Assembly (NCBI RefSeq): GCF_000757865.1
Contig: NZ_CP007754.1
Span: forward strand, 960,001 to 992,000
Reading direction: 5' to 3'
From: Prochlorococcus sp. MIT 0801
GTDB lineage: Bacteria > Cyanobacteriota > Cyanobacteriia > PCC-6307 > Cyanobiaceae
Length of the DNA stretch: 32,000 bases
A model generated the notes under the pieces. It made no database searches. It was given only the letters and a program-made list of their open reading frames with translations, and was not told the DNA's origin. Positions 1 through 11,595 of the stretch are shown piece by piece. Numbering within the stretch: position 1 is the first letter of the stretch; each line of letters begins with the position of its first letter. The translations under genes were made by a program, and so were the position numbers.

Positions 1-60
1 GGAAACGACGATGATGATTCAGACTCTGGAAGTGGTGGCTTGATGCAACCAGTCAATTAA
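1..60 (+). CDS. 3' end of an upstream CDS (partial, product not identifiable)
   Basis: Frame +1 is open from the window edge and reads ...GNDDDDSDSGSGGLMQPVN, then TAA at 58-60. Only 19 codons are visible. Confidence 0.3.
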   Translation, partial: GNDDDDSDSGSGGLMQPVN

Positions 61-68
61 TTGGAAGA

Positions 69-377
69 TCAATTAGGTATTAGGTTTGAAAGTCTCTCTC
101 TAAAATCACCCTTAGCAATACCTCCTTTAAGTTCACCAATAATTTCAAATTCTCCATCCGGATCATTAACTAATAGATAAGTCGGCCAGCCCATACCTTC
201 TTTGGTAGGATATTGCCTTAATAATATTGGTCTATATTTTCTATAAACAACTGTATCTTGTAGTTTAACGCTAATAAATTCTATACCTAATTCAGTCGCA
301 ACTTTAGAATCAAAGAAGCTCATCCTGTGACAAGTTCCACAATCCTCAGAACTAAATTTAATTAAAGAACAGGACAT
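69..377 (-). CDS. thioredoxin-fold protein (thioredoxin-like, CxxC)
   Basis: 102 aa ORF with ATG start. CGTC (CxxC) motif near the N-terminus, followed by a WPT (cis-Pro-like) segment typical of the thioredoxin fold. Confidence 0.7.
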   Translation of the reverse strand: MSCSLIKFSSEDCGTCHRMSFFDSKVATELGIEFISVKLQDTVVYRKYRPILLRQYPTKEGMGWPTYLLVNDPDGEFEIIGELKGGIAKGDFRERLSNLIPN

Positions 378-430
378 AAAAAAAATATATTATGAACTTA
401 TACTAAATATAAGTATTAATAAAAACTAGT

Positions 431-1081
431 TCAGTAATTAGACTTATTGTTTCTTGCAATGACTGAATAAAATGGATCACTCTCAGATGAGTAAAAGCCA
501 AAAAGCTTTTTATCTTGAGTTTTTTCATTTAATATTTTTTCAATCCTCCACCCATTTGATGTGAGGACACTAGTTACATATTCAATTCTTTTTTCCTCTG
601 ACGAATATGTCCAGATGTTTGGAGCTTTGGTCCAGAATGCTCGATTAGTGAAGGAGATTATCAATACTGAATCTGATTTTATAACCCTTGATAGTTCTAA
701 TGAAACTTTTTCAGGATATTGAAGATATTGCCAGCCAGCAACGATTAATCCAACATCAATAGAAGAATCTTCAATTGGCATATTTTGCTTCTTATTTAAA
801 TTTTGGACGAAGAACCAATCAAGTCTTTCATTAGAACTTAACTCGGCTTGATTCATTCCATGACCAATAACTTTTTTATATTTAATATTTGTTGGTAAAT
901 GGGATACCCAACTACTCATTAAATCTAAAATTATATGATGTTTGAGTAGATACTCTGAGTATAAATTTGTAAGTCTATTTCTGAATGAGTCGCTAAGGTG
1001 ATGAACAAATCTTGGCTGTTGATAAAAGATTTCATCATCTGAAATATCACTTTTACTCCTATCGTCAGTCGAAAGTTTCAT
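431..1081 (-). CDS. SAM-dependent methyltransferase-like protein (cyanobacteria/plastid-lineage family)
   Basis: 216 aa ORF with ATG start. The ILDLMSSWVSHLP segment resembles the degenerate motif I (LDLxSSWxSH) of a conserved cyanobacterial/plant methyltransferase-like family. Assigned by motif only. Confidence 0.55.
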   Translation of the reverse strand: MKLSTDDRSKSDISDDEIFYQQPRFVHHLSDSFRNRLTNLYSEYLLKHHIILDLMSSWVSHLPTNIKYKKVIGHGMNQAELSSNERLDWFFVQNLNKKQNMPIEDSSIDVGLIVAGWQYLQYPEKVSLELSRVIKSDSVLIISFTNRAFWTKAPNIWTYSSEEKRIEYVTSVLTSNGWRIEKILNEKTQDKKLFGFYSSESDPFYSVIARNNKSNY

Positions 1082-1204
1082 TTAGATCAAAATATTTCGT
1101 TAATAATAGTAGAGTTTTAATGTATTGGTGAGTAAAAAATAAGGAAACAGATAGTATATCTATATAAAGCCAATTTAAAGAATATTATTTAGTTTATATT
1201 AAGG

Positions 1205-1804
1205 TTATTCATTTATAATTTGAGAAGACTTAGGGGGTTCATTTAGATCAAATTTATTATTAGTAGGGATCAAGAGCATAAGGGAACTTGTGGATAAAAA
1301 TAAAACGAATGCATAAAATAAATTAAATCTTTTGTTTGATTTATAAACAAAAGATTTAATATATTTCTTGCTAAAAGGTTTGTCTAAGGGGATATTCCAA
1401 CATAGGTTAAATCTGGAATCAAATCTTAAGAGATCTAAACATTGAGTAAGATCTGACAATTCAGAATCATCTAAAATAATTTCGAGAGGCTTTACATCAT
1501 TCTTTGTACTATTGAGAAGTAATTTATGATTACTGCCAAATGGAGATATGGTCACAATACTTTTTTTAGATATAAATGTTTCTCGAATACCAGAGATATA
1601 CGATCGTGAATATTGAAGAATTACTTGCATCAAATCTTCAAGATGTTCCTTTTCACCCTCTAATGTAGGAGAGTCAATTATTTTCAATGTCCATGACGAT
1701 AAGATACCAATAGTATTCTCTGAGTCTCCATTTGACACATCTGGCATACCATTAAGTTCAAGAGATGAAGAGTTTTGAACAAATTTATAAGATAAATTAA
1801 TCAT
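1205..1804 (-). CDS. conserved cyanobacterial protein, DUF4335-like, C-terminal membrane anchor
   Basis: 199 aa ORF with ATG start. Hydrophobic helix FNLFYAFVLFLSTSSLMLLIP near the C-terminus. It sits next to a DUF3038-like gene, the usual cyanobacterial pairing. Family call is from memory of that pairing. Confidence 0.5.
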   Translation of the reverse strand: MINLSYKFVQNSSSLELNGMPDVSNGDSENTIGILSSWTLKIIDSPTLEGEKEHLEDLMQVILQYSRSYISGIRETFISKKSIVTISPFGSNHKLLLNSTKNDVKPLEIILDDSELSDLTQCLDLLRFDSRFNLCWNIPLDKPFSKKYIKSFVYKSNKRFNLFYAFVLFLSTSSLMLLIPTNNKFDLNEPPKSSQIINE

Positions 1805-1814
1805 TTATATAAAC

Positions 1815-2483
1815 CTAGGATTGATTATATAAAGAAGCTTTTAGTCTATAAGCACCACCTTTTCCACATGATAAAGAAAGAATGACTAATAACTCTCTAA
1901 AAAATTCATGTTTATCATCATTTAATAAGTAGTTTATATAACTACGATCCACATTCATCCTCTCAGTTATAAGTGACTTAAGACGTGAACTAAATAAAAA
2001 CCATCTCTTTTTATTAAGTGTCTCAGATTCTTTTGAGGAAAGTAATTGCCTAATAAGAGGATAAAGGTTTTTTGCCATGGAAGAAACAAGTTCAACAAGA
2101 GAATCGATCTGCTCCGATGAGAGTGATGTAAAGGTGTAACTTTTTCTCAAAGGGTTAGAACATCTAATTTTCCAGAATTGAACCCTATTAGTGAAATCAT
2201 CTGATAAACCAATATTTTTAGCCTCCAAAAAGACGGAATCCGTTGCATTGATTTGAAGCGTTTCGATAACTAAAATCAAAAAATCAAGTTTTCTTGATGC
2301 ATCCATAGCAATAACACAATTTGAATAATCACTTTCACCACAGGTTTTAAAATTTTTTGATTCATTAATCAATTCTTTACTATTCGTACAAACTAAATTA
2401 GATGACTTCATAAACTCAATAATGACAGGAGTTTGCTCATTTGCTAGCTTTAATGTTGGTTTTATAAAATCGCACACCTCCAA
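1815..2483 (-). CDS. conserved cyanobacterial protein, DUF3038-like
   Basis: 222 aa longest ORF, but position 2483 is a TTG only 12 bp from the divergent apt start. The first ATG (M25, coordinate 2411) is a more plausible start. Confidence 0.5.
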   Translation of the reverse strand: MEVCDFIKPTLKLANEQTPVIIEFMKSSNLVCTNSKELINESKNFKTCGESDYSNCVIAMDASRKLDFLILVIETLQINATDSVFLEAKNIGLSDDFTNRVQFWKIRCSNPLRKSYTFTSLSSEQIDSLVELVSSMAKNLYPLIRQLLSSKESETLNKKRWFLFSSRLKSLITERMNVDRSYINYLLNDDKHEFFRELLVILSLSCGKGGAYRLKASLYNQS

Positions 2484-2495
2484 TAATTATATTGA

Positions 2496-3014
2496 ATGGA
2501 TCACCTAAAAAAATACATTACAAAAATAAATGATTTCCCGAAAAAGGGAATCGTCTTCAAAGACTTAAACCCAATATATAAAGAGCCCAAGATATGGAAT
2601 GAATTAATGCTTCCACTTCAGAAGCTGATATCTACTAAAAAACCTGATTATATTGCTGGCATAGAATCAAGAGGGTTTATTTCTGCATCTGCACTAGCAT
2701 TTAAGCTTGAGATAGGTTTTATTACTATAAGAAAACCTAATAAACTACCTGGAGAAGTAATAGGTACTAATTATAAGCTTGAGTATGGAGAAGACAGATT
2801 AGAAATCCAGCAAAACCTAATTGAAAAAAATAGTAAGATACTTTTATTCGATGATTTACTAGCCACAGGGGGCACAGCAGGAGCAGCTGGTAAGTTGATC
2901 AAAAAAGCAGGTGGTAATTTAATTGGTTATGCTTTTATTGTTGAGTTAACTGAACTTAAAGGAAGAGCAAACTTAGATTCAAATTTATTTATAGAAACTC
3001 TAATAAAGTATTAA
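2496..3014 (+). CDS. apt: adenine phosphoribosyltransferase
   Basis: 172 aa. PRPP-binding motif ILLFDDLLATGGTAGAAG and typical Apt N-terminus (IxxFPKKGIxFKD), typical length. Confidence 0.93.
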   Translation: MDHLKKYITKINDFPKKGIVFKDLNPIYKEPKIWNELMLPLQKLISTKKPDYIAGIESRGFISASALAFKLEIGFITIRKPNKLPGEVIGTNYKLEYGEDRLEIQQNLIEKNSKILLFDDLLATGGTAGAAGKLIKKAGGNLIGYAFIVELTELKGRANLDSNLFIETLIKY

Positions 3015-3220
3015 TTATTACTTAGCCACAAAAGTATAATTTTTAATTGAGACAAGGTAATTAAACCATAGCTCCACATTACTACAGGAAGTGGGGAATT
3101 TTCCAAATAGGATCTTTTTATTCCTAGTTCAAGCGCACCTTGACTTATACCTAATTTATCAATAATGAAATTACACAATTCATCAGAAGGAGGATCAATA
3201 GCAGAACTAGTATTTATCAT
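3011..3220 (-). CDS. small conserved cyanobacterial protein (DUF2949-like)
   Basis: 69 aa ORF with ATG start. The PLPVVMWSYGLITLSQL segment resembles DUF2949. Its stop overlaps the apt stop by 4 nt (convergent). Confidence 0.5.
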   Translation of the reverse strand: MINTSSAIDPPSDELCNFIIDKLGISQGALELGIKRSYLENSPLPVVMWSYGLITLSQLKIILLWLSNN

Positions 3221-3236
3221 TTATATTTAACGCAAA

Positions 3237-4349
3237 TTATAATCCATTAGTCATTAAATTGAGAATGAATTTCCTAAATAAAGATGAATTTTTCATAATA
3301 AAGAATACAAGTAATCTAGGTAAATAGAAGATAGCAATATTACTTCGAGAATATCTTACTAAACTATCAGTTAGAAAAGATATCGATAATACATCAAGTA
3401 ATCTAGAAATAGAATATATTAATGGAATAAAGGAATGATTATTCCTTAATAAGGGGATGGAGGATATTTTTGCTAAACTATCAACATCTCGCCAACATAG
3501 ATTTAGACCTTGTCCACCAACAGGGTGAATTTTGTGTGCTGTTTCACCCAGATAAATATATTTACCCGAAAAGAAAGAGTAATTTAGACAAAAATTAATT
3601 GGGAAGGATTTAGGTTCATCAATTATAGTGTCAGGTTCAATACCGTAAGGAAGAATTGTTGATAAATAATCTAAAAATAGTGATTTAGACAAATTCATAT
3701 TATGAGTACCTTTTACTATTGATTGACTACAGATTATTTGAAATAAATCTCCTCCTAAAGGTAATACAGCAAATGGTCCCTCACTATTTAATATTTCAAA
3801 TGCTTCATTAGATTTAAGCCCTCTAAGAAGAACTTTGGCAGTAATACACATCTGATCATATTTATAAATAAACGATGGGGTTTTAAGCTTTTTTTTAGTA
3901 TTAGAGCTTGATCCATCAGCAGCAACAATTAGATCATAATTATTGGTATTAGGAATAACAGAAGTGGGAATCTTATTGATATTTTCTATATTAGAAATAA
4001 AATTTAAAATAGATAACATGATAAATTCATGTTCAGCAATCCAACCTACTGCCAAATATTTTTGGTCTGAAATACTTAAATCATTAACGAGAAATTGAAA
4101 CTTTTTATTTAATTCATAATCGATTACATTCAAATATTGAAATGGTACTAAATTTTTTGATAAATGTGACCAGATGCCAAGTTTTTCTAATATTTTTCTA
4201 GAGGAATGTGTAATAGCATATGTTCGATCTCTATTCACAAGTTCTTCGTCTGATAGTCTCTCATATAGATCAACTCTACAGCCGGCTTTTGCTAATGAAA
4301 TTGCTGCCAATGATCCAGTTAATCCAGAACCAATAATTGCTATATTCAT
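3237..4349 (-). CDS. ubiH: FAD-dependent monooxygenase, UbiH/Coq6 family (quinone-ring hydroxylase-like)
   Basis: 370 aa. N-terminal Rossmann motif IIGSGLTGSLAA, plus GETAHKIHPVGGQGLNLCWRDV, which matches the GDAAHxxxPxxGQGxNxGxxD flavoprotein hydroxylase signature. Confidence 0.85.
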   Translation of the reverse strand: MNIAIIGSGLTGSLAAISLAKAGCRVDLYERLSDEELVNRDRTYAITHSSRKILEKLGIWSHLSKNLVPFQYLNVIDYELNKKFQFLVNDLSISDQKYLAVGWIAEHEFIMLSILNFISNIENINKIPTSVIPNTNNYDLIVAADGSSSNTKKKLKTPSFIYKYDQMCITAKVLLRGLKSNEAFEILNSEGPFAVLPLGGDLFQIICSQSIVKGTHNMNLSKSLFLDYLSTILPYGIEPDTIIDEPKSFPINFCLNYSFFSGKYIYLGETAHKIHPVGGQGLNLCWRDVDSLAKISSIPLLRNNHSFIPLIYSISRLLDVLSISFLTDSLVRYSRSNIAIFYLPRLLVFFIMKNSSLFRKFILNLMTNGL

Positions 4350-4382
4350 AAATACTATTATATCATTTTTTACATTAAAGAT

Positions 4383-5030
4383 TTAGCTTGAAATTCTCAT
4401 ATTAACAAATTCTTCAAATGCAGGACGAAGAAGAAAAGGATAAGAACCTACCCATAAATTTATTTCTGGACACCAAGCATCACTTATCGCTTGAATCGTA
4501 TCAAAATCTCTTCTATTGCTAAAAACCACACAGTTAATTCTCATGCCTTTTGTAAGTATATTAAACTTTTTTTGTAGTGGAAAACTTATATTACCTATAA
4601 ATCCATCTTCATCTTCTATATCCAGAATAACGAATGTTCTCTTTTTCTCTAACACCTCTAATCTTCCATCTTGATTAGCTTGCTCCTGTTTATTTTCCAC
4701 CCTGTCTTCTACATAAACATCAGAAATATAGCCATCAACTAATGCTGAAAAAGTAAAACTTTTAAACTTTGAATTCTTTCTACTAGCTTCAAGTATGGGG
4801 CCCCACAAAATATATAAAAGAAAAATAACACCTAATACCAACCATAGAGAATAGAACTGACTTGTTACTTGACTTTGACTAATTAGTAACGTAATAACGC
4901 CTCCAATGGCAGAAATCATAATCCGCTGAAAGATCTTCTGAGGATTACCTAAAGCAGAATTGAATTGTTTCCCTGTCGCAACAGCAGGAATCAATTTATC
5001 AATCTCATTTTGCTTAATAGGAAATAACAT
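4383..5030 (-). CDS. conserved membrane protein of unknown function
   Basis: 215 aa ORF with ATG start. Two hydrophobic helices (IMISAIGGVITLLI, LWLVLGVIFLLYILWGPI) followed by a soluble C-terminal domain. Confidence 0.6.
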   Translation of the reverse strand: MLFPIKQNEIDKLIPAVATGKQFNSALGNPQKIFQRIMISAIGGVITLLISQSQVTSQFYSLWLVLGVIFLLYILWGPILEASRKNSKFKSFTFSALVDGYISDVYVEDRVENKQEQANQDGRLEVLEKKRTFVILDIEDEDGFIGNISFPLQKKFNILTKGMRINCVVFSNRRDFDTIQAISDAWCPEINLWVGSYPFLLRPAFEEFVNMRISS

Positions 5031-5042
5031 TTGTATTAAAAA

Positions 5043-5939
5043 CTATAAAATTTTCTCTAGTCCGTAAACCAATTTATTGAATGATCTAATTTTTTTGACA
5101 ACTAATAGAACGCCAGGCATGTAGGCAGATCGATCAATAGTGTTATGAGATAACTGATATGTCTCTCCATTTGAGCCAAACATGACTTGTTGATGAGCAA
5201 CAATTCCAGGCAACCTTACGGAATGGAGTCTCAAACCACTAGAACGAGAACCGCCTCGAGAGCCTTTAATTGATTCTTCTTCCTCTACAAAAGATCTATT
5301 GAAGGTTGAACGTTGCTCCTCAATCAGTTCGGCGGTTTTGATACACGTACCACTTGGGGCGTCAGCCTTTTTGTTGTGATGCATTTCAGTCAATTCTGCG
5401 AACTCATAAAAACGAGCTGCTGCTGCTGCTGCTTGCTGTAGCAAAACCATACCTACTGAGAAATTTGGAATAATAGCTGTACCAAGAGAAGCTTTGTCTG
5501 CAAATTTATAAAGATCATCTAACTGATCTGCCGTTATTCCAGTGGTACCAATCACAGGATGGACACCATAGGCGATTGATGTACGGGTGTGTTTATAAGC
5601 AAATTTTGGATGAGTAAAATCAACTAAAACAGCGCCATTATTTGAACCATCTTTAGGGACGTTCTGACTTGCAGCACACAAAGAGCCTTCGAAATCACTA
5701 GAAAGAAATACATCTAGTTCACCTAAACCTAGCAATGATCCTATGTCTTGACCTTCTTTACCCTTCTGGTTATCAATTGCGCCAACAAGTTGATAATCCT
5801 TTGATGAATTAATTGCCTTGATAACTTCAGATCCCATTCGACCCAAAGCCCCTGCTACTAAAACGGGTATTGATTGATAAGCAGAACTCATTAAATTTCT
5901 TTTTGCATTATTATATTCCGTATTTCTTGTAACAGGCAT
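5043..5939 (-). CDS. dapB: 4-hydroxy-tetrahydrodipicolinate reductase
   Basis: VLVAGALGRMGSEV NAD(P)-binding loop and the DapB signature ELTEMHHNKKADAPSGT. The longest ORF is 298 aa. The internal ATG at 5891 (M17, 282 aa) may be the true start. Confidence 0.93.
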   Translation of the reverse strand: MPVTRNTEYNNAKRNLMSSAYQSIPVLVAGALGRMGSEVIKAINSSKDYQLVGAIDNQKGKEGQDIGSLLGLGELDVFLSSDFEGSLCAASQNVPKDGSNNGAVLVDFTHPKFAYKHTRTSIAYGVHPVIGTTGITADQLDDLYKFADKASLGTAIIPNFSVGMVLLQQAAAAAARFYEFAELTEMHHNKKADAPSGTCIKTAELIEEQRSTFNRSFVEEEESIKGSRGGSRSSGLRLHSVRLPGIVAHQQVMFGSNGETYQLSHNTIDRSAYMPGVLLVVKKIRSFNKLVYGLEKIL

Positions 5940-6004
5940 TAACTAAATAACACACTAAAGGCCCACTGAACACTAGGCTTGGTCGAATTACCTAAGAAGA
6001 AAAG

Positions 6005-9000
6005 ATGTTTACACAGGTTCGCTCAGCAAATCGCAGAGTTTCACCTGTCGAGAATCACAAGCATAAAGCTGTGATGAAGGCTGTTTATGTAGTCCTTGAG
6101 CCTCAATATCAAAATGCTCTTACTCAGGCTGCTAACTCATTAAATTCGCAAAATGGTCCTATTGGAATTGAACTTAATGGATATTTAATTGAAGAACTTA
6201 GAGATACAAACAATTATGAAAGCTTTAAAAAAGATATAGAAAATGCTGATTTATTCGTAGCTTCATTGATTTTCATTGAAGATCTGGCGCAAAAAGTTGT
6301 TGAAGCAGTTGAACCTCATAAAGACAGTCTTAAAGCGGCAGTGGTATTTCCATCAATGCCTGAAGTAATGCGATTGAATAAATTGGGAACTTTTTCTATG
6401 GCGCAGCTAGGCCAAAGTAAAAGCATCATTGGCGATTTTATGAAGAAGAGGAAAGAAGCGGGCGGTGCTGGATTTCAAGATTCAATGTTGAAGCTTTTAA
6501 ATACCCTACCCTCAATTCTTAAGTATCTGCCCGTAGACAAAGCACAAGACGCTCGTAGTTTTATGCTTAGTTTTCAATATTGGTTAGGAGGAACTCCAGA
6601 TAATCTGCGAAATTTCTTACTAATGCTGGGAGACAAATATGTATTTCCAGAACTAAATGTAGAAGAAGAAAAAATTGAAGTTGCAGAGCCAGAAGTTTTC
6701 CCTGATTTAGGAATTTGGCATCCTTTAGCTCCAAATATGTTTGAGGATAAAAAAGAATATTTAAATTGGACAGCTTCCAGGGATGATCTAACAACTAATG
6801 CTAAAAACGGTCCTGTAATCGGACTTGTACTTCAAAGAAGTCACATTGTTACTGGAGACGATGCACACTACGTCGCAGTTATACAAGAATTGGAATATAG
6901 AGGAGCAACAGTAATCCCTGTTTTTTGTGGTGGATTAGATTTTTCCAAGCCAGTAAATGAATTTTATTACGATCCTATAAATCCTGAAAAACCCATTGTA
7001 GATGGCGTTGTTTCACTTACAGGTTTTGCACTTGTTGGAGGTCCTGCGAGGCAAGATCACCCAAAAGCTGTCGAGGCTTTAAAAAAGCTCAATCGACCTT
7101 ACATGGTTGCTCTTCCACTCGTTTTTCAAACAACTCAAGAATGGGAAGGAAGTGACCTAGGACTTCATCCAGTTCAAGTTGCACTTCAAATTGCAATTCC
7201 TGAATTAGATGGTGCTATTGAGCCAATAGTTTTATCTGGTCGAGATGATGCAACTGGGAAAGCTCATACACTTCAAGATAGAGTTGATGCAATAGCTGAA
7301 AGAGCTATTAGATGGTCATCACTAAGAATTAAAAAACGTGACCAGAAGAAATTAGCTATTACGGTATTTAGTTTCCCACCAGATAAAGGAAATGTTGGAA
7401 CAGCTGCTTACTTAGACGTCTTTGGCTCTATTTATAGAGTTTTAGAAGAGATGAAGCAAAAGGGTTATGACATAAAAGATCTACCTAAGAATCCAAAAGA
7501 ACTAATGGAGACATTAATAAATGATCCAGAGGCTTTACAAGGTTCTCCTGAACTATCTATAGCGCATCGAATGAGTGTAAAAGAATATGAGCAATTAACT
7601 CCTTATTCTGAAAGACTAGAAGAGAACTGGGGAAAGCCACCTGGAAATTTAAATAGTGATGGCCAAAATCTTCTTATATATGGAAAAGAATTTGGAAATG
7701 TATTTGTAGGCGTGCAACCAACTTTTGGATATGAAGGTGATCCTATGAGATTGCTTTATTCTAGAAGTGCCAGTCCTCATCATGGTTTTGCCGCTTATTA
7801 CACTTATTTAGAAAAAGTTTGGAAGGCAGACGCAGTTCTACATTTTGGAACCCACGGATCGCTTGAATTCATGCCAGGGAAACAAATGGGTATGAGTGAG
7901 ACATGTTATCCAGATTCATTGATTGGAGGTTTGCCTAATCTTTATTACTACGCAGCAAATAATCCCTCGGAAGCAACTATCGCAAAAAGAAGAGGATACG
8001 CATCAACAATTAGTTATTTAACGCCCCCTGCTGAAAATGCTGGACTATATAAAGGTTTAAAAGAACTTGGAGAATTAGTTGGTTCTTATCAACAATTAAG
8101 AGAAAGTGGAAGAGGAATTCAAATTGTTAACGCAATAGTTGAAACAGCAAAAAAATGTAATCTTGATGAAGATGTAAAACTACCTGAAAAAGATGCTTCC
8201 GAATTAGAAATAGATGAAAGAGATTTGGTAGTAGGAAATGTTTATAAACAATTAATGGAAATAGAAAGTCGATTATTACCTTGCGGCTTACACACAATTG
8301 GTAAACCAGCTACTGCTGAGGAAGCAATTGCAACCTTGGTTAGTATCGCATCTATAGAAAGAGAAGATGATGGAATCAGATCTTTGCCTGGTTTATTAGC
8401 TGAATCAAAAGGAAAAACTATTGAGGAAGTCTATGAAGGTAATAACAAGGGAAAATTAGAAGATGTCGAACTTAATAAATTAATTACAGAAACATCAAGA
8501 GAAGCTGTTGGCTCAATGGTTAGATCTCTAACAGGAAGAGATGGGAGAGTAAATATGAAGAAGAATATCTGGACACTAATTGTTGAGTTCTTAAGAGGAA
8601 TTGGTTTCTCAATCCCATCTCCATGGCAAGCATCGGCTAAGAAAGCAGGTTTTGAAAATGTAAATGCAGCTGCACTAGATAAGGTCTTTGACTATTTGAG
8701 ATTTTGCTTAGAGCAAATATGTGCTGATAAAGAGATGGAGAGCCTTTTAAAAGCTCTAGATGGAGATTATGTGATCCCCGGTCCCGGTGGAGATCCTATT
8801 AGGAACCCAGGAGTATTACCAAGTGGCAAAAATATTCATGCATTAGATCCCCAATCGATACCAACCGTTGCTGCTGTGGCTTCAGCTAAAGGTGTAGTTG
8901 ACAAGCTTATTGAGAGGCAGAAAGAGGAGCAAGGTACATGGCCAGAGACTATTGCTTGCGTACTTTGGGGTACTGATAACATCAAAACTTATGGTGAATC

Positions 9001-10018
9001 ATTAGCTCAAATCCTTTGGTTTGTTGGAGTAAAGCCAAAACCAGATTCTGTAGGAAGAGTAAACAAATTAGAACTCCTTTCCCTTGAGGAACTAGGAAGA
9101 CCAAGAATTGATGTAGTCGTTAACTGCTCGGGTGTTTTTAGGGATTTGTTTATTAATCAAATGGCATTAATTGACCAAGCAGTAAAAATGGCTGCAGAAG
9201 CAGATGAACCTCTAGATCAAAATTTCGTAAGAAAACATGTGTTAGAGCAGGCAGAAAAAGAGGGTAAAAGTATTAGGGAATCCGCAAGCAGAGTGTTCTC
9301 AAATGCAAGTGGAAGTTATAGCTCAAATGTCAATTTGGCTGTAGAGAATTCAACATGGGAAGAAGAAAATGAATTGCAAGAAATGTACCTTTCAAGAAAA
9401 ACTTTTGCTTTTAATGCAGATAATCCAGGTGAAATGAATCAGAACAGAGACGTTTTTGAATCAGTCATGAAAACTGCTGATGTTACCTTCCAAAATCTTG
9501 ATTCTTCGGAAATTTCATTGACAGACGTAAGTCATTACTTTGACTCCGATCCAACAAATTTAATTAAGAATCTGAGAGATGATGGTAAAGCGCCTAGTAG
9601 TTACATAGCCGACACAACTACAGCAAATGCTCAGGTCAGATCATTAAGTGAAACCATTAGATTAGATTCAAGAACAAAATTACTTAACCCAAAATGGTAT
9701 GAAGGAATGCTCAAGTCAGGATATGAAGGAGTAAGGGAAGTCTCAAATAGACTAAATTACACATTAGGATGGAGTGCAACTAGTGGGCAAGTTGATAATT
9801 TTGTATATGAAGAGTCAAATGAAACTTTTATAAATGATCCAGAGATGAGGAAAAGATTAATGGAATTAAATCCTCATAGTTTTAGAAGAATAGTTGGTAC
9901 ATTATTAGAAGTTAATGGGAGAGGATATTGGGAAACATCTGAGGAAAATATTGAACAATTAAAAGAACTTTATCAAGAAGTAGAAGATAGAATCGAAGGA
10001 GTTAATACAGAAGATTAA
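6005..10018 (+). CDS. chlH: magnesium chelatase subunit H (Mg-protoporphyrin IX chelatase, CobN/ChlH family)
   Basis: 1337 aa uninterrupted ORF. Length and sequence are typical of cyanobacterial ChlH: N-terminus MFTQVRS..., [15 protein letters not shown], and the [12 protein letters not shown] CobN-type motifs. Confidence 0.97.
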   Translation: MFTQVRSANRRVSPVENHKHKAVMKAVYVVLEPQYQNALTQAANSLNSQNGPIGIELNGYLIEELRDTNNYESFKKDIENADLFVASLIFIEDLAQKVVEAVEPHKDSLKAAVVFPSMPEVMRLNKLGTFSMAQLGQSKSIIGDFMKKRKEAGGAGFQDSMLKLLNTLPSILKYLPVDKAQDARSFMLSFQYWLGGTPDNLRNFLLMLGDKYVFPELNVEEEKIEVAEPEVFPDLGIWHPLAPNMFEDKKEYLNWTASRDDLTTNAKNGPVIGLVLQRSHIVTGDDAHYVAVIQELEYRGATVIPVFCGGLDFSKPVNEFYYDPINPEKPIVDGVVSLTGFALVGGPARQDHPKAVEALKKLNRPYMVALPLVFQTTQEWEGSDLGLHPVQVALQIAIPELDGAIEPIVLSGRDDATGKAHTLQDRVDAIAERAIRWSSLRIKKRDQKKLAITVFSFPPDKGNVGTAAYLDVFGSIYRVLEEMKQKGYDIKDLPKNPKELMETLINDPEALQGSPELSIAHRMSVKEYEQLTPYSERLEENWGKPPGNLNSDGQNLLIYGKEFGNVFVGVQPTFGYEGDPMRLLYSRSASPHHGFAAYYTYLEKVWKADAVLHFGTHGSLEFMPGKQMGMSETCYPDSLIGGLPNLYYYAANNPSEATIAKRRGYASTISYLTPPAENAGLYKGLKELGELVGSYQQLRESGRGIQIVNAIVETAKKCNLDEDVKLPEKDASELEIDERDLVVGNVYKQLMEIESRLLPCGLHTIGKPATAEEAIATLVSIASIEREDDGIRSLPGLLAESKGKTIEEVYEGNNKGKLEDVELNKLITETSREAVGSMVRSLTGRDGRVNMKKNIWTLIVEFLRGIGFSIPSPWQASAKKAGFENVNAAALDKVFDYLRFCLEQICADKEMESLLKALDGDYVIPGPGGDPIRNPGVLPSGKNIHALDPQSIPTVAAVASAKGVVDKLIERQKEEQGTWPETIACVLWGTDNIKTYGESLAQILWFVGVKPKPDSVGRVNKLELLSLEELGRPRIDVVVNCSGVFRDLFINQMALIDQAVKMAAEADEPLDQNFVRKHVLEQAEKEGKSIRESASRVFSNASGSYSSNVNLAVENSTWEEENELQEMYLSRKTFAFNADNPGEMNQNRDVFESVMKTADVTFQNLDSSEISLTDVSHYFDSDPTNLIKNLRDDGKAPSSYIADTTTANAQVRSLSETIRLDSRTKLLNPKWYEGMLKSGYEGVREVSNRLNYTLGWSATSGQVDNFVYEESNETFINDPEMRKRLMELNPHSFRRIVGTLLEVNGRGYWETSEENIEQLKELYQEVEDRIEGVNTED

Positions 10019-10025
10019 GAATATT

Positions 10026-10877
10026 TTAAATAATTGACTTAGTCATTATTACAACTTGAGAAATCTCTTTAATATCATGAACTCTTAGAATATCAACACC
10101 AGAACTCACACATCTAGATGCTACGGCAGCCATCCCAAAGATTCTTTTATTTGGGTCAGTTTCATTAATAACTGAACCAATAAATCTTTTTCTTGAAGCA
10201 CCTATCAATACTGGATAATTCATAGAAACAAATTCTTCTAAATTTCTCAGCAAAGTTAAGTTTTGATCGACATTCTTTGCAAATCCTATTCCAGGATCAA
10301 TAATAATTTGCTCGTCTTTAATGCCTTTGGATAGCGCTAAATCAATTTGATTGGATAATTCATTTTTTACATCTTTTACAACATTTGTATATACAGCTAA
10401 AGAATCCATTGTCTTACTATTTCCACGACTATGAGTCAAAACATAAGGAGAACCATTATTAGCGATAACATTATAGATTTCAGGATCATGTCGACCACCA
10501 CTAACATCATTAACCAAATCGGCACCAATATTTAATACTTTCTCTGCAACAGAATGATGAAAGGTGTCTACAGAAATTGGAATCTGTGGATGTAATAACT
10601 TTAGTTCTTTTATTAATGGAACTAATCTTTTAATCTCAGTTTCAGGACCTACCTCAGATGCGCCAGGTCGTGTGCTCTGTGCTCCAATATCTAGAATATG
10701 TGCTCCTTGATTAATACATAATGATGCATGATTAATTGCAGCGGGTAAGTCTATGTAAAGTCCTCCATCACTAAAAGAATCTTCAGTGATGTTTACTATT
10801 GCCATTAATTGGATTTCTTGTTTCCAATGCTTAGGCGGGAAATTATTAGATTTTTTCGTAGTTAGCAATTCTGGCAA
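10026..10877 (-). CDS. folP: dihydropteroate synthase
   Basis: Pterin-binding motifs [23 protein letters not shown] and DPGIGFAK. Position 10877 is a TTG; the first ATG is at 10805 (M25). Confidence 0.92.
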   Translation of the reverse strand: MPELLTTKKSNNFPPKHWKQEIQLMAIVNITEDSFSDGGLYIDLPAAINHASLCINQGAHILDIGAQSTRPGASEVGPETEIKRLVPLIKELKLLHPQIPISVDTFHHSVAEKVLNIGADLVNDVSGGRHDPEIYNVIANNGSPYVLTHSRGNSKTMDSLAVYTNVVKDVKNELSNQIDLALSKGIKDEQIIIDPGIGFAKNVDQNLTLLRNLEEFVSMNYPVLIGASRKRFIGSVINETDPNKRIFGMAAVASRCVSSGVDILRVHDIKEISQVVIMTKSII

Positions 10878-11586
10878 AATTTGTAGGATCTAGAGAGGCT
10901 CCACCTACTAGTACTCCATCAATATCTGACATAGACATTATTTCATCAATATTATTTGATTTTACTGATCCACCATATTGAATAATCACGTCTTCGTAAC
11001 CAATCCACTTACGAATAAGTCCACAAATTCGATTAGCCTCATTGGCTTCACAAGTTTTACCAGTTCCAATAGCCCAGATTGGTTCATAAGCAACTATTAG
11101 TCTTTTTACCTCAATTCCTTCAAGACCTTGTTCAATTTGTCTTCGTATAACCCTTTCTGCTTCACCCATTTCTCTTTGTTGAAAAGTTTCTCCAACACAA
11201 ACAATTGGAATTAACTGATGATCCTGAGCGGATTTTGCTCTTTTATTAATTTGTTCATCACTTTCACTGAAATATTTACGAGGTTCACTGTGTCCAACGA
11301 TTGCACACTTAACCGAAAGCTCATTAAGCATAATGGGAGAAACTTCGGCCGTATAGGCCCCACTATCCTCCCAATGAACATTTTGGCTAGATAAGGTTAG
11401 ATATTCACTTGTGTCCCTCATAAACTCAGACAGAGGGTATAGAGCTGTAAATGGTGGTGCAATAACAACTTCCCTATCTTTTTTCGGAATATCTTTCAGT
11501 AGTGGAATTAATACACGCATGTACTCAATCGCTTCGGTACACGTCATGTTCATCTTCCAATTCCCTGCAATGACCGGTTTACGCAC
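10846..11586 (-). CDS. tpiA: triosephosphate isomerase
   Basis: 246 aa with a GTG start. Motifs [19 protein letters not shown] and YGGSV. Confidence 0.95.
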   Translation of the reverse strand: MRKPVIAGNWKMNMTCTEAIEYMRVLIPLLKDIPKKDREVVIAPPFTALYPLSEFMRDTSEYLTLSSQNVHWEDSGAYTAEVSPIMLNELSVKCAIVGHSEPRKYFSESDEQINKRAKSAQDHQLIPIVCVGETFQQREMGEAERVIRRQIEQGLEGIEVKRLIVAYEPIWAIGTGKTCEANEANRICGLIRKWIGYEDVIIQYGGSVKSNNIDEIMSMSDIDGVLVGGASLDPTNFARIANYEKI

Positions 11587-11595
11587 GCTAGCTCC

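Noticed and set aside
2484-2495. Apparent 12-bp divergent intergenic region between the DUF3038-like gene and apt
   Set aside because: This is probably an artefact of extending the minus-strand ORF to a TTG. Using the ATG at 2411 gives an 84-bp spacer that can hold promoters.
4174-4386. 70-aa plus-strand ORF overlapping the 5' end of the UbiH-like gene
   Set aside because: It is antisense to the FAD-binding N-terminus of a supported CDS.
5416-5433. (GCT)6 trinucleotide repeat inside dapB
   Set aside because: It simply encodes the Ala run in ...QQAAAAAARF... of a conserved helix. There is no sign of frame disruption.
6567-6794. 75-aa ORF antisense within chlH
   Set aside because: It is nested in the 1337-aa chlH ORF.
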